From IMG/VR virus record IMGVR_UViG_3300031519_004485, positions 1 to 45,719 of that record: a stretch of 45,719 nucleotides of DNA; one strand, 5' to 3'. Under the pieces are notes generated by a model, which searched no databases, was not told where the DNA came from, and saw nothing but the letters and a program-made list of their open reading frames with translations. The position numbers and the translations under genes were made by a program. Numbering within the stretch: the first letter of the stretch is position 1; each line of letters begins with the position of its first letter. Below, in pieces: positions 1 through 9,483 of the stretch. Origin of the DNA: a virus. Its lineage: Duplodnaviria; Caudoviricetes.

Positions 1-275
1 CATTAATGTTATACTGTTACAATTATCGCCCAGATGGTCAACTATTAAACGATTATATGGCAGTGCAATGGATTAAAGATTATACACTTGCTGGCTGTAA
101 GTATATGCTAGGCGAAGCAAGAGAAAAGTTTGCTACTATTGCAGGACCACAAGGCGGAACAAGTTTAAACGGTTCTAGTTTAAAAGCAGAAGCACAAAGT
201 GAAATGGAAAAACTAGAAAACGAAGTAGCAATGGCGGTAGCTGGCGGTAGTGGCTACGGATTTGTAATTGGCTAA
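1..275 (+). CDS. C-terminal part of neck/head-tail connector protein (T4 gp13-like), truncated by window start
   Basis: W-I-K-D-Y-x-L-A...KF-x-T-I-A-GPQGG-x-S-LNG-x-x-L...EA-x-x-E-x-x-x-LE pattern and FVIG end resemble gp13-like neck proteins; lies upstream of the tail sheath gene. Confidence 0.7.
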   Translation, partial: LMLYCYNYRPDGQLLNDYMAVQWIKDYTLAGCKYMLGEAREKFATIAGPQGGTSLNGSSLKAEAQSEMEKLENEVAMAVAGGSGYGFVIG

Positions 276-322
276 CCTATTGAAATCATTAGAGAAAAAA
301 ATCTAGTAAAATCAATGACTTA
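271..322. promoter_or_regulatory. Inverted pair of IHF-consensus-like sites
   Basis: AATCAATGACTTA at 310-322 matches WATCAANNNNTTR exactly; TAACCTATTGAAA at 273-285 is the reverse-orientation consensus with one mismatch. Confidence 0.45.
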
Positions 323-360
323 TACGGTCCTGAGTTTGCGCTAACAAGTTACACCCTGTG

Positions 361-366
361 TAAATA
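361..366 (+). promoter_or_regulatory. Late-type promoter (TAAATA)
   Basis: TAAATA followed by AGGAG and ATG at 388; the same hexamer precedes most structural genes. Confidence 0.55.
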
Positions 367-387
367 CAATTACAGTAGGAGAAACAA

Positions 388-636
388 ATGTGTTCACCAT
401 ACGTGCGTAAACAAGCCAATAGACTTAATTGGATGGTCAAAGGTAAACTTATTGATATAAGTTGGTCTGATGAAGATGTTGAAAAAACTTACCATTCATA
501 TTTTAAACGCCTGTGGGGCAACAACGAAATATATCTTCACGAAGAAGGATTTGCTGAAGCATATGCAGAACGCGAAGAACAACTTTACCAAGATGACATA
601 AACACCATTGCTGTTTTAGGCGGTCATTACGATTAA
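388..636 (+). CDS. Hypothetical protein (82 aa)
   Basis: ORF with AGGAG ribosome-binding site and upstream TAAATA; no recognisable motif. Confidence 0.7.
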   Translation: MCSPYVRKQANRLNWMVKGKLIDISWSDEDVEKTYHSYFKRLWGNNEIYLHEEGFAEAYAEREEQLYQDDINTIAVLGGHYD

Positions 637-638
637 GG

Positions 639-667
639 TTGACATTTACTAGTTCTTAGTTTATAAT
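639..667 (+). promoter_or_regulatory. Sigma70-consensus promoter for dNMP kinase
   Basis: TTGACA (639-644), 17 nt, TATAAT (662-667). Confidence 0.85.
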
Positions 668-689
668 AAGTTATTACTAGGAGAAGTTA

Positions 690-1199
690 ATGAGCAACCC
701 CAAATTACTTGTTATTGGACACGGTCGACATGGTAAAGATACTGTGTGTGAAATGCTACGTGACCATTACGGATACACTTTTGAAAGCAGTTCAAAGTTT
801 TGTAGTCTACAATTTATATACAATGATCTAAAGGACAAGTATGGATATGCTAATGAGGAAGAGTGTTATGCTGACAGGCATAATCACAGAGCAGAATGGT
901 ATAATGCTATCTGCGATTATAATGTTCCTGATGCAGCGACTCTAGGCAGAGAGATGTTTGAAGCTTACGATATCTATTGTGGGCTACGCAACAAGCGTGA
1001 ATTCTTTGCAATGCAAAATACTGGTGTATTTGATTACTGTATTTGGGTTGATCGTAGCATGCATCTAGAAGCTGAATCTACTGACTCAATGAGCTTAGAG
1101 CAATGGATGTCTGACTTTACAATTGACAACAACGGCACATTAGAAGATTTAAAGTTTAACTTGGATCAATTAATGAGCTACTTAAAAGTCGGGAATTAA
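690..1199 (+). CDS. Deoxynucleoside monophosphate kinase-like P-loop protein
   Basis: N-terminal GHGRHGKDT P-loop; C-terminal DFTIDNNGTLEDL typical of phage dNMP kinases. Confidence 0.75.
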   Translation: MSNPKLLVIGHGRHGKDTVCEMLRDHYGYTFESSSKFCSLQFIYNDLKDKYGYANEEECYADRHNHRAEWYNAICDYNVPDAATLGREMFEAYDIYCGLRNKREFFAMQNTGVFDYCIWVDRSMHLEAESTDSMSLEQWMSDFTIDNNGTLEDLKFNLDQLMSYLKVGN

Positions 1200-1517
1200 A
1201 TTTCCTTGCTTCCACTTAACTCCTTCTTTTTGCATAATACGCTGACAGTTAGCACATATAGTTTTTAAATTAGAAAATCTAGAATTAGTTAAATCTCCAT
1301 CTACATAGTAAACATTAAACTGTTCTTGGTGTTTACTATGGTAACTGCACTTTTCGCATGTATCCTTTTTAACATACCCTGCTTGCTTCCACTTAGGAAT
1401 TCCGTGATGAATTCCGTTGCGCAGACAAGTTTCGCATAGCTTACGATAGTATGTTCTATTGCCTTTTTTATAGTTTATAGCTGCTGGACGATGTCCGCAT
1501 TTGCATAATGGTCTCAT
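1182..1517 (-). CDS. Zn-binding HNH-like protein with degenerate active site
   Basis: Multiple Cys pairs; NVYYVDGDLTNSRFSNLKTICANCQ aligns with HHxDGxxxNNxxxNLxxLCxNCH. Start reassigned to ATG 1517 (MRPLCKC), just downstream of a minus-strand TAAATA at 1522-1527. Confidence 0.7.
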   Translation of the reverse strand: MRPLCKCGHRPAAINYKKGNRTYYRKLCETCLRNGIHHGIPKWKQAGYVKKDTCEKCSYHSKHQEQFNVYYVDGDLTNSRFSNLKTICANCQRIMQKEGVKWKQGNLIPDF

Positions 1518-1521
1518 ATTG

Positions 1522-1592
1522 TATTTAGCACACCTTTTCGATCCCTTTTTATACGGCATAACTAATACATTTTTATCGAGATGAGCTAAATA
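1522..1592. promoter_or_regulatory. Back-to-back late-type promoters
   Basis: TATTTA at 1522-1527 (minus strand, HNH-like gene) and TAAATA at 1587-1592 (plus strand, tail sheath). Confidence 0.6.
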
Positions 1593-1632
1593 CATATAAT
1601 AACTAATCCAAATTGGACAATAGGAGAACGAA

Positions 1633-4600
1633 ATGGCATTAACATCACCAGGCGTACAAGTCAGCGTTATTGACGAGAGTTTTTATACTCCGGCAGAACC
1701 TGGCACAGTACCAATGATATTTGTTGCTACTGCACAAAACAAAGCAAACGCTAGTGCAACAGGGACAGCAGCAGGAACACTAAAAGCAAACGCAGGTAAC
1801 CCATACTTGCTTACTTCACAACGAGATTTAGCAGATACATTTGGAGATCCAAGTTTCCAAATAGACTCAAACAATAATCCAATACACGGATCAGAACTTA
1901 ATGAGTACGGATTACAATCAGCTTACAGTTTACTAGGTGTTAGTAACAGAGCATGGGTTGTACGTGCAGATATTGACTTAGGCGAACTAGTTCCGACAGC
2001 AACTGCTCCGGCAGCTAATCCAACAGCAGGTACATACTGGTTTGACACAGCAGACTCACTATATGGTATATTTGAATGGAATGGTGCAGCATCTACTGTT
2101 ACTAACGGACAATCATTTGTAAATAAGGCTCCGACTGTAATCACAGATACAGCAAAAGTTGTAAACTATGTAGGTAAAGATTATACACCAAAAGCTAGTG
2201 TTGGCGCTATCGGCGAGTATGCTGTAGTTGCAGTAACTTCACTAAACAAATTATGGTACAAGAATGCAAGCGGTACTTGGGTTGAAGTAGGAAGCGACAG
2301 TTGGACAGCAAGTCGTCCCACTGTTAAAAATACAAAATCAGCAGTTAACGTTGTTGCTCCGGGCGGCACATTAGAAGTTAACGGTTCTCCGATAGCAGTA
2401 GCCGCAGGTGCTACAGCAACGGTTATTGCTGCAAGTATTAGTAACGCAGTAATTACAGGTGTTACAGCAGCAGCAGTCGACGGATACTTAGAAATTTACA
2501 GTGACGGTACAGGATCAGCAGCAGCAGATTCTACTGCTAGTGGCGACATCTTAATAGGCGGCGACAGCGAAGTTTTACTAGGAATAGGCCTTACAGCTGG
2601 CACATATTATCCACCTGCTGTGCAGATTACTGCACATACAGGAGTTCCAAGTTGGAAGATTACTGATACTAACTTAGGTCAACCAACTGGTATTAGTGCT
2701 AGACCAACAGGTAGTATTTGGTTTAAAACATCAACTCCTAACTTAGGTGCTAATCTAAAAGTTAAATTATGGAATGCAGAAACTTTACTATGGGACACAG
2801 TTAGTGCTCCACTATATGATTCAGCAGCAGCAGCATTATATGCACTTGATTCAACAGGCGGCGGCGCAAACCTAAGCGTTGGAAATATTTTTGCAAAGAC
2901 TAATGTTGCAGACGACACGCAACCTTTAGCAACATTTAGCTTTTACAGACGTAGTGCAGCAGGCGCAACTAATGTTTCAAGTAATCCAATCACATCAAGC
3001 GCACCTGGTGCAGGCACAACAACATTCTTAGTATCTAGTACAGATGATGGCAGTGCTGCATTTAGTACAGCAGTACAAGTTAGTGTAACAGCAACTGGCG
3101 CAACCGGCGATGCTGATGTTATAGCAGGCGCTATTAACGCAGCAGGAGTTACTAATGTAAGTGCAAGCGTAGATGCAAGTAATAGGCTTGTAATTACACA
3201 TTCACAAGGCGGTGAAATTAAACTTACTGATACTGACGGTACACTAGCAGCTATTGGCTTCCAAGCTAAAGACACAGAAGTTAGTGAAAGTCAGTGGACT
3301 GCCGGCGTGTATTATGTAGACGGCACATCAAGTGGAACTTCTCCTAAGCAATTAGTTGCAAGTAATTGGAATTCATTAACAAATACTCCTAGCGATAATG
3401 CAGTTACTAGTTTAGCTTTAGACGGTCAGCTATGGTATAGTTCAGTAGTTGATGAAATCGACTTAATGGTGCATGACGGTACTAACTGGAAAGGCTACCA
3501 AAATGTAAACGCAACTGCTGATCCAGCAGGACCAATAGTTACAGCAACAATGCCAACAGTACAGTCAGATGGTAGCGCACTGGTAACAGGTGACATTTGG
3601 GTGTCAACAGCAGACTTAGAAAACTATCCAACTATCTACATATACAACGATACTGTTGCAGGTACAAAATCACAAAAATGGGGAACTCCGTTAGATAAAT
3701 CTGATCAGACTACTGAAAATGGTATGTTATTTGCAGATGCACGTGACGGCACTTCAGGCGGTACTGCAACAACTGCTCCATCAGGAACTATTCCGGAACT
3801 TCTAGTAAGTGACTACTTAGATCCAGATGCACCAGATCCTGCACTATATCCAAAAGGTATGTTGCTATGGAACTTACGTAGAAGTGGATTTAATGTTAAG
3901 CGTTTTGAGCGTAACTATATTGATACAAACGCAGACAACACAAGATTCAAAGAAGATAATGTAGACCAAGATATGGGTACATACTATCCAAATCGTTGGG
4001 TTACTGAATCAGGAAACCAAGCAGACGGATCAGGAAGCTTCGGGCGTAAGGCACAGCGTAAAGTTGTTGTTCAAGCACTACAAGCAGTTGTTAATAAAAA
4101 CGACGAAATCCGTGATGACGAATCTCGTTTGTTTAACCTAATGGCAACACCAGGTTATCCAGAACTAATTGGCGAAATGATTAGCTTGAACTTTGATAGA
4201 GGCTTAACAGCATTTATTGTAGGCGACTCACCAATGCGTTTAACACCAGATGCAACTTCACTTAATGAGTGGGGAACAAATGTTAACGCAGCAGTAGAAG
4301 ATAACGATGACGGACTTGTAAGCCGTGATGAATACTTAGGTGTATTTTATCCAGCAGGATTTACAAGTGACAATTTTGGCAACAATGTTGTAGTTCCAGC
4401 ATCGCACATGATGCTACGTACTATTGCACTAAGTGATCAAGTTAGCTATCCATGGTTTGCACCAGCAGGTACAAGACGTGGCGGAGTTACTAACGCAACT
4501 TCAACTGGTTACATTAGTAACGAGAACGAATTCGTAAGTGTATCACTTAACGAAGGACAGCGTGATACATTGTACGCAAACAGTATTAATCCAATTACGT

Positions 4601-4983
4601 TTATTAGTGGTGCTGGACTTGTTGCATTTGGTCAAAAGACTCGTGCAAGAGGCGCTAGTGCATTAGATCGTATTAACGTAGCACGTTTGGTTATCTACTT
4701 ACGCAGTCAGTTAAACACACTTGCTAAGCCTTACATCTTTGAACCTAACGATAAGATTACACGGGACGAGATTAAACAGGCAGCAGAAAGTTTACTACTT
4801 GAATTATTAGGCCAAAGAGCTTTATATGATTATCTAGTAGTATGCGATGAATCAAATAATACGCCTTCTAGAATTGATCGTAATGAACTATATCTAGATA
4901 TTGCGATTGAACCAGTAAAAGCAGTTGAATTTATTTATATTCCACTACGCTTGAAAAATACTGGCGAGATAGCAGGTCTATAA
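1633..4983 (+). CDS. Contractile tail sheath protein (T4 gp18-like), 1116 aa
   Basis: N-terminal SPGVQVSVIDES; C-terminal PWFAPAGTRRG, INPI, GQKT, DRINVARL, FEPND, VVCDESNNTPSRIDRNEL, EFIYI motifs; AGGAG RBS. Confidence 0.97.
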   Translation: MALTSPGVQVSVIDESFYTPAEPGTVPMIFVATAQNKANASATGTAAGTLKANAGNPYLLTSQRDLADTFGDPSFQIDSNNNPIHGSELNEYGLQSAYSLLGVSNRAWVVRADIDLGELVPTATAPAANPTAGTYWFDTADSLYGIFEWNGAASTVTNGQSFVNKAPTVITDTAKVVNYVGKDYTPKASVGAIGEYAVVAVTSLNKLWYKNASGTWVEVGSDSWTASRPTVKNTKSAVNVVAPGGTLEVNGSPIAVAAGATATVIAASISNAVITGVTAAAVDGYLEIYSDGTGSAAADSTASGDILIGGDSEVLLGIGLTAGTYYPPAVQITAHTGVPSWKITDTNLGQPTGISARPTGSIWFKTSTPNLGANLKVKLWNAETLLWDTVSAPLYDSAAAALYALDSTGGGANLSVGNIFAKTNVADDTQPLATFSFYRRSAAGATNVSSNPITSSAPGAGTTTFLVSSTDDGSAAFSTAVQVSVTATGATGDADVIAGAINAAGVTNVSASVDASNRLVITHSQGGEIKLTDTDGTLAAIGFQAKDTEVSESQWTAGVYYVDGTSSGTSPKQLVASNWNSLTNTPSDNAVTSLALDGQLWYSSVVDEIDLMVHDGTNWKGYQNVNATADPAGPIVTATMPTVQSDGSALVTGDIWVSTADLENYPTIYIYNDTVAGTKSQKWGTPLDKSDQTTENGMLFADARDGTSGGTATTAPSGTIPELLVSDYLDPDAPDPALYPKGMLLWNLRRSGFNVKRFERNYIDTNADNTRFKEDNVDQDMGTYYPNRWVTESGNQADGSGSFGRKAQRKVVVQALQAVVNKNDEIRDDESRLFNLMATPGYPELIGEMISLNFDRGLTAFIVGDSPMRLTPDATSLNEWGTNVNAAVEDNDDGLVSRDEYLGVFYPAGFTSDNFGNNVVVPASHMMLRTIALSDQVSYPWFAPAGTRRGGVTNATSTGYISNENEFVSVSLNEGQRDTLYANSINPITFISGAGLVAFGQKTRARGASALDRINVARLVIYLRSQLNTLAKPYIFEPNDKITRDEIKQAAESLLLELLGQRALYDYLVVCDESNNTPSRIDRNELYLDIAIEPVKAVEFIYIPLRLKNTGEIAGL

Positions 4984-4988
4984 ACTGA

Positions 4989-4994
4989 TAAATA
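4989..4994 (+). promoter_or_regulatory. Late-type promoter (GATAAATA)
   Basis: TAAATA between sheath and tube genes, followed by AGGAG and ATG 5018. Confidence 0.6.
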
Positions 4995-5017
4995 TATACA
5001 TAACAGGAGCAGATTAA

Positions 5018-5647
5018 ATGGCTATTTCATCATTATCAAAAATTACAGTTCCCCTAGCTAGCGGTGATTCCGCTAGCAACCAGGGACTGTTAATGCCAAA
5101 ACTACAGTACCGCTTTAGAGTGTCACTGGAGAACTTTGGTATTTCAACACCAACTACTGAACTTACAAAACAAGTTATTGACGTAACTCGTCCAAATGTA
5201 AGTTTTGAACAAATGACTATCGACGTATACAACTCAAAAGTATACCTTGCAGGCAAACATAACTGGGAACCAATTACGCTTAACTTGCGTGAAGACGTTA
5301 ACAACAATGTACAAAAGCTAGTAGGCGAGCAACTTCAAAAGCAGTTCGACTTTTACGAGCAGTCAAGTGCAGCATCAGGATTAGATTATAAATTCGTTAC
5401 ACGTATTGAAATCTTAGACGGCGGCAACGGAGCTAACACTCCAAATGTACTTGAGACATTTGAATTATATGGATGTTATGTAGAATCTGCAAACTATAAT
5501 AGTTTAGCTTATTCTAACTCAACAGATCCAGTAAGTGTCACTCTTAACATACGTTATGACAACGCTTTACAATCACCACAAGGTACAGGTATTGGAACAG
5601 CAATTGGTCGTACAGTTAACACTATGGTAACTGGCGGCGGCGCATAA
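5018..5647 (+). CDS. Tail tube protein (T4 gp19-like)
   Basis: Directly follows sheath; PKLQYRFRV, RPNVSFE, YLAGKHNWEPITL, LxY...LNIRYD motifs. Confidence 0.9.
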   Translation: MAISSLSKITVPLASGDSASNQGLLMPKLQYRFRVSLENFGISTPTTELTKQVIDVTRPNVSFEQMTIDVYNSKVYLAGKHNWEPITLNLREDVNNNVQKLVGEQLQKQFDFYEQSSAASGLDYKFVTRIEILDGGNGANTPNVLETFELYGCYVESANYNSLAYSNSTDPVSVTLNIRYDNALQSPQGTGIGTAIGRTVNTMVTGGGA

Positions 5648-5669
5648 TTTTAATTACATTTAGTCTGTA

Positions 5670-5700
5670 AAAAAGGGAGCAAATTGCTCCCTTTTTCTTT
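5670..5700. terminator. Intrinsic terminator, probably bidirectional
   Basis: AAAAAGGGAGC-AAATT-GCTCCCTTTTT hairpin with A and T tracts on both sides. Confidence 0.9.
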
Positions 5701-5735
5701 AAATACGCAGTTAATATTTATGGATAAATATTTAT

Positions 5736-7025
5736 ATGGCAAACAAGTTCAACGCATTATTAGACTCAGTCGCAAATGGTACATTAAATCCCAAAGGTAA
5801 TCTTGCGGATTTTCAACATGCTGCAAGATTGTTTACAGATAGTAATCACGCTCTTGCACCCAAAACAAAATTTCTGTTTCATGTATTTTTTGATGTTAAC
5901 GCTGACGCAGCAGGCATTAACCAAAACATTGATGCACGAAAAGTAAACGAAATGGGCATGCTTGTTAAAAGCGCAGACTTGCCACAATATCAAGCAAATG
6001 TTGAAACAAAGAAAAAATATAATAGAGTTAAAAATGTACAAACTTCTATAGTATATCAACCAGTGAGAATTACATTCCACGACGATAATAGTAGCTTAAC
6101 ATCTATGCTGATGCAAGCATACTATAGATATCATTATGCCGATGGAAATCAAGACAGAAACAGCGGAAAAGCATATGCACGAACTCCTGATAGTACATAC
6201 GAAGGCGCTGAAAGAAACAAAGAAAAATTTGGCTTAGACAATAATCAAACTGTACCTTTCTTTAACAATATACAAATTAGCCAATTGTCTAGAGGCGCAT
6301 ACGTAACATATACTTTAGTAAATCCAATTATTACACAATGGGGTCACGACAGACTAGATAATTCTGATGGCCAAGGCACTATGGAAAACTTCATGGAAAT
6401 TGCATACGAAGCAGTTTTCTATACCGCAGGCAAAATTGAAGGTGGAGCAAATGGCGAACCAAATGGATTTGCACAAGATCACTATGATAATATGCCAAGC
6501 CCTAATAGCTTACAAGGCGGAGCAGGTGGTGGATTAGGTGCAATAATAAACGGTGCAGTAGATTTATATGATTTTATTAGCGGCGGCGACTCATTTAAGA
6601 ATCCTTTAGAAGCAGCATTAGTAGCTGCTAACTTAATTGGTAATTTTAAAAACTTGTCTAGTGAAGGGTTGCGCCAAGAAGGGTTTAATATTCTTACAGG
6701 GGCAATAGGTCGAACTGCTGGCATTAACGTTAGTGGAGTTTCTCAAACACTATTTCCTAAGTCTAACGGCAACGGCGGGGAAGGAAAGACACTATTAGCG
6801 ACAGCCGGAGTAGCTCTTGCTTTAGGAGCTGTAAATAACTATAGTAAGAACCAACAACTTAGAAATGACCCAGCAGCACTTGACTCAGCAGCTAGACAAG
6901 AGTTTAGTAAAGAGTGGCAAAATGAAGGTAAGGTTGGCGGCGTAAACAGTAGAAATTCTGCGTATGATGCATTACAAACAGATGAAAAACAAGTATACAA
7001 AGACAAAGCACTAGGAGAATCATAA
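5736..7025 (+). CDS. Tail-tube-like baseplate/tube initiator protein
   Basis: LVKSADLP, YQPVRITFHDD, LVNPIIT...LD...IAYE resemble gp19/gp54-fold proteins; TAAATA 5 nt upstream of ATG. Confidence 0.65.
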   Translation: MANKFNALLDSVANGTLNPKGNLADFQHAARLFTDSNHALAPKTKFLFHVFFDVNADAAGINQNIDARKVNEMGMLVKSADLPQYQANVETKKKYNRVKNVQTSIVYQPVRITFHDDNSSLTSMLMQAYYRYHYADGNQDRNSGKAYARTPDSTYEGAERNKEKFGLDNNQTVPFFNNIQISQLSRGAYVTYTLVNPIITQWGHDRLDNSDGQGTMENFMEIAYEAVFYTAGKIEGGANGEPNGFAQDHYDNMPSPNSLQGGAGGGLGAIINGAVDLYDFISGGDSFKNPLEAALVAANLIGNFKNLSSEGLRQEGFNILTGAIGRTAGINVSGVSQTLFPKSNGNGGEGKTLLATAGVALALGAVNNYSKNQQLRNDPAALDSAARQEFSKEWQNEGKVGGVNSRNSAYDALQTDEKQVYKDKALGES

Positions 7026-7387
7026 TGAGTAGTCTTCCAATACCAGCACAGACAACAGATAAAAAGATAACTCAACTTTTTAATAATTATTTTACTAAAA
7101 CATTAAGTTTTGGTAGTAACGAAGTTGATGCGGTTGTTGGGTTTTTTGAAAGCCGAAATTTTGGCAACGCAGCGGCAATAAGCACAGCAACCGTTATGTT
7201 AAATCAAGCAAAATTAGATAACGTAAAAGTATTTGAATTACTCGACACACTCAAAGGATTAAATGAATTACAACTAAGTGCTGTTGTAACTGAAGTATTA
7301 AACTATAATAGATTACGTACTAGTGTACTAGGATACAAAATTACAGAACCTACTGAGCAAATAGAAAGACGTAATATTGTGGTATGA
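7025..7387 (+). CDS. Hypothetical protein in tail/head module (120 aa)
   Basis: AGGAG RBS; translationally coupled to both neighbours. Confidence 0.75.
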   Translation: MSSLPIPAQTTDKKITQLFNNYFTKTLSFGSNEVDAVVGFFESRNFGNAAAISTATVMLNQAKLDNVKVFELLDTLKGLNELQLSAVVTEVLNYNRLRTSVLGYKITEPTEQIERRNIVV

Positions 7388-7824
7388 GCCGATTTGCATC
7401 AGGTAAGTTTAATCCTAAATTTCCAAACAAATATGTAGGCACAAGAACTCCTACATATCGCAGCAGTTGGGAATTCACCTTTATGCGATTTTGTGACGAA
7501 AACCCTCATGTCGAAACCTGGGCATCAGAAGCTATTCGTATTCCTTACAGACACCCAATAACAGGCAAGTATACAGTCTATGTACCTGACTTCTTTATTG
7601 CTTATGCAAATAAAGGCGGAAAAAAAATAGTAGAACTTATCGAAGTTAAGCCTGAAAATCAAACACTAAAAGAAAAGACAGGACGTTCGAGAGCTAATCA
7701 GCTAGCCTGGGTTGTTAATCAAGCAAAGTGGGAAGCTGCAAGAGCCTGGTGTAAACAAAAAGGCATCTTTTTTAGAGTTATTACAGAAAACGATATTTTT
7801 CATAAAGGCAAAAAAAGAAGGTAA
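7384..7824 (+). CDS. Head completion nuclease (T4 gp4-like, TnsA-N/PD-(D/E)xK fold)
   Basis: KYVG, YRSSWE, WASE, YVPDF, IEVKP, NQAKWEAA, FRVITE motifs. Confidence 0.92.
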   Translation: MSRFASGKFNPKFPNKYVGTRTPTYRSSWEFTFMRFCDENPHVETWASEAIRIPYRHPITGKYTVYVPDFFIAYANKGGKKIVELIEVKPENQTLKEKTGRSRANQLAWVVNQAKWEAARAWCKQKGIFFRVITENDIFHKGKKRR

Positions 7825-7828
7825 TATA

Positions 7829-8398
7829 ATGCAGTATTCAGAAGTGGGTCAAGATATATTTGCACTTAGTGTAGCTAATTGTAAATCCTATATTGAAATT
7901 GGCGCTGCTGATCCTATAACATATAATAATACGTTATTACTAGAGCAAAATGGCTGGGAAGGATTTAGTCTAGAACTTGATAACAAATTTAAAGAAGATT
8001 GGAATCAAAAAAGACAGAATTTGTGCGTATACGAAGATGCTGTAAACTTTAAATATTTTGATATTAAAAGGTATGGATATCTCAGTTGTGATATTAATCC
8101 TCCTGAACTTACACTTGCAGCACTAAAGAATGTTATTTCGCAAGGCATTGAGTTTGATTGTATTACATTTGAGCACGATGATTATTGGCACGAAGAACGT
8201 GGATTTGAGAGAACGTTACACACAACAACAGAATACTTAAAAGCTAACGGGTATAAAATTGCAGTAGATAATGTGTTTTGTGTTAGAAGAAGAAAGGCCT
8301 GGACAGGCGAATGTCATTTTGAAACTTGGTATGTAAACAAAGATATTGACTTTGATACTATTGATTATAGGGTTTGGCTAAATAATAGTAGCATATAA
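7829..8398 (+). CDS. FkbM-family SAM methyltransferase
   Basis: YSEVGQD, YIEIGAADP, NNTLLLE..GWEG, YLSCD, ITFEHD; start reassigned to ATG 7829 to remove the long overlap with gp4. Confidence 0.75.
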   Translation: MQYSEVGQDIFALSVANCKSYIEIGAADPITYNNTLLLEQNGWEGFSLELDNKFKEDWNQKRQNLCVYEDAVNFKYFDIKRYGYLSCDINPPELTLAALKNVISQGIEFDCITFEHDDYWHEERGFERTLHTTTEYLKANGYKIAVDNVFCVRRRKAWTGECHFETWYVNKDIDFDTIDYRVWLNNSSI

Positions 8399-8410
8399 TG
8401 GAAAGTTTAA

Positions 8411-8902
8411 ATGACTAAAAAATTAGAAGACCTTTTAAATTTGCCTGACAGCAAAGATATAATAAAAGAAGAACAAAAAAAACAAAATCTAGAAACTGCA
8501 ATTGTTGACCAAGAAGAAACAATTCGTAGTATAGATGAGTTTGACAAGATTGCAAGTGCATTGCCAGCAGTTAAAGGCTTAGGCCAAAAAGCAGATGACG
8601 AACTTGAAGACATTGCACAACGTGCTTTATCGGCATACGAAGACTTAATGGATTTGGGCATGAATGTCGAAAGTCGTTATAGTGGTAGAGTGTTCGAAGT
8701 AGCAGGCGGTATGCTTAAAACTAGTTTAGATGCTAAAGTTGCAAAGATGGATAAGAAGTTAAAAATGATCGACTTGCAACTTAAAAAAGAAAAAATGGAC
8801 CGTGACGGTGGATCAGGTGACAGTGATGTAGTAAGTGGCGCAGGTTACATAGTTACTGATCGTAATAGTTTGCTTGAAAAACTAAAGAACATGGATAAAT
8901 AG
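8411..8902 (+). CDS. Probable terminase small subunit (gp16-like)
   Basis: Helical; GRVFEVAGGMLKT resembles the gp16 PRAxEV motif; TAAATA at 8379-8384; upstream of the large terminase. Confidence 0.6.
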   Translation: MTKKLEDLLNLPDSKDIIKEEQKKQNLETAIVDQEETIRSIDEFDKIASALPAVKGLGQKADDELEDIAQRALSAYEDLMDLGMNVESRYSGRVFEVAGGMLKTSLDAKVAKMDKKLKMIDLQLKKEKMDRDGGSGDSDVVSGAGYIVTDRNSLLEKLKNMDK

Positions 8903-8924
8903 TATATATAATAGGAATCGATCA

Positions 8925-9482
8925 ATGAAAACATTTAATGAATTTTTAACAGAAAGCCAAAAGACTTATAAATTTAAAATTAGAGTTGCAGGTGAACTTC
9001 CTGAAGGGTTTGTAGAGCATGCAAAAATGAGCTTAGAAAAGTTTGATCTTGTAAATTTAACTACTGGCAAAACGATTCCTATATCAGAAAAGCCACTAGA
9101 CTTCCCACAGTTAAAGAATATGGAAGTACATAATTTTGAAGCAGAAGTAAAATATCCAACTACGACAGAGGTATTACAAACTTACTTAGTAGACTCGTGT
9201 ACAGTAGGCCGCAGTTACCTTATTGTACGTGGCGAATTTGACCCTATAGAAGCACAACAAGAAACTAAAGAAGACACTCCTTATGAAACATTGCTTACTA
9301 AAGAAGAGTTAGCTGATATTAGTGGACAAGAACAAGTTAGTAACGATAGAATAATGTCTTTACTAAAAGAATTAGAAACTGTGCGCAACGAGCGCGAGAT
9401 TGATCCAATGGAAGGTGCACCAAAAGGCACTTCAACAGACATTGGTGATTCTGAAAATTTAAAGTCACCGGTCGGAAGTTGA
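8925..9482 (+). CDS. Probable virion/prohead protein (185 aa)
   Basis: TAAATA at 8896-8901; N-terminal MKTFNEFLTES resembles T4-type capsid-targeting/prohead protease cleavage leaders. Confidence 0.6.
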   Translation: MKTFNEFLTESQKTYKFKIRVAGELPEGFVEHAKMSLEKFDLVNLTTGKTIPISEKPLDFPQLKNMEVHNFEAEVKYPTTTEVLQTYLVDSCTVGRSYLIVRGEFDPIEAQQETKEDTPYETLLTKEELADISGQEQVSNDRIMSLLKELETVRNEREIDPMEGAPKGTSTDIGDSENLKSPVGS

Positions 9483-9483
9483 T

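Noticed and set aside
1683-3275. Series of minus-strand ORFs inside the tail sheath gene, and similar shadow ORFs elsewhere
   Set aside because: Antisense shadows of biased codon usage; no RBS, promoter or motifs
7712-7828. Long gp4/methyltransferase overlap suggesting a frameshift fusion
   Set aside because: ATG 7829 just after the gp4 stop gives a complete FkbM-like N-terminus
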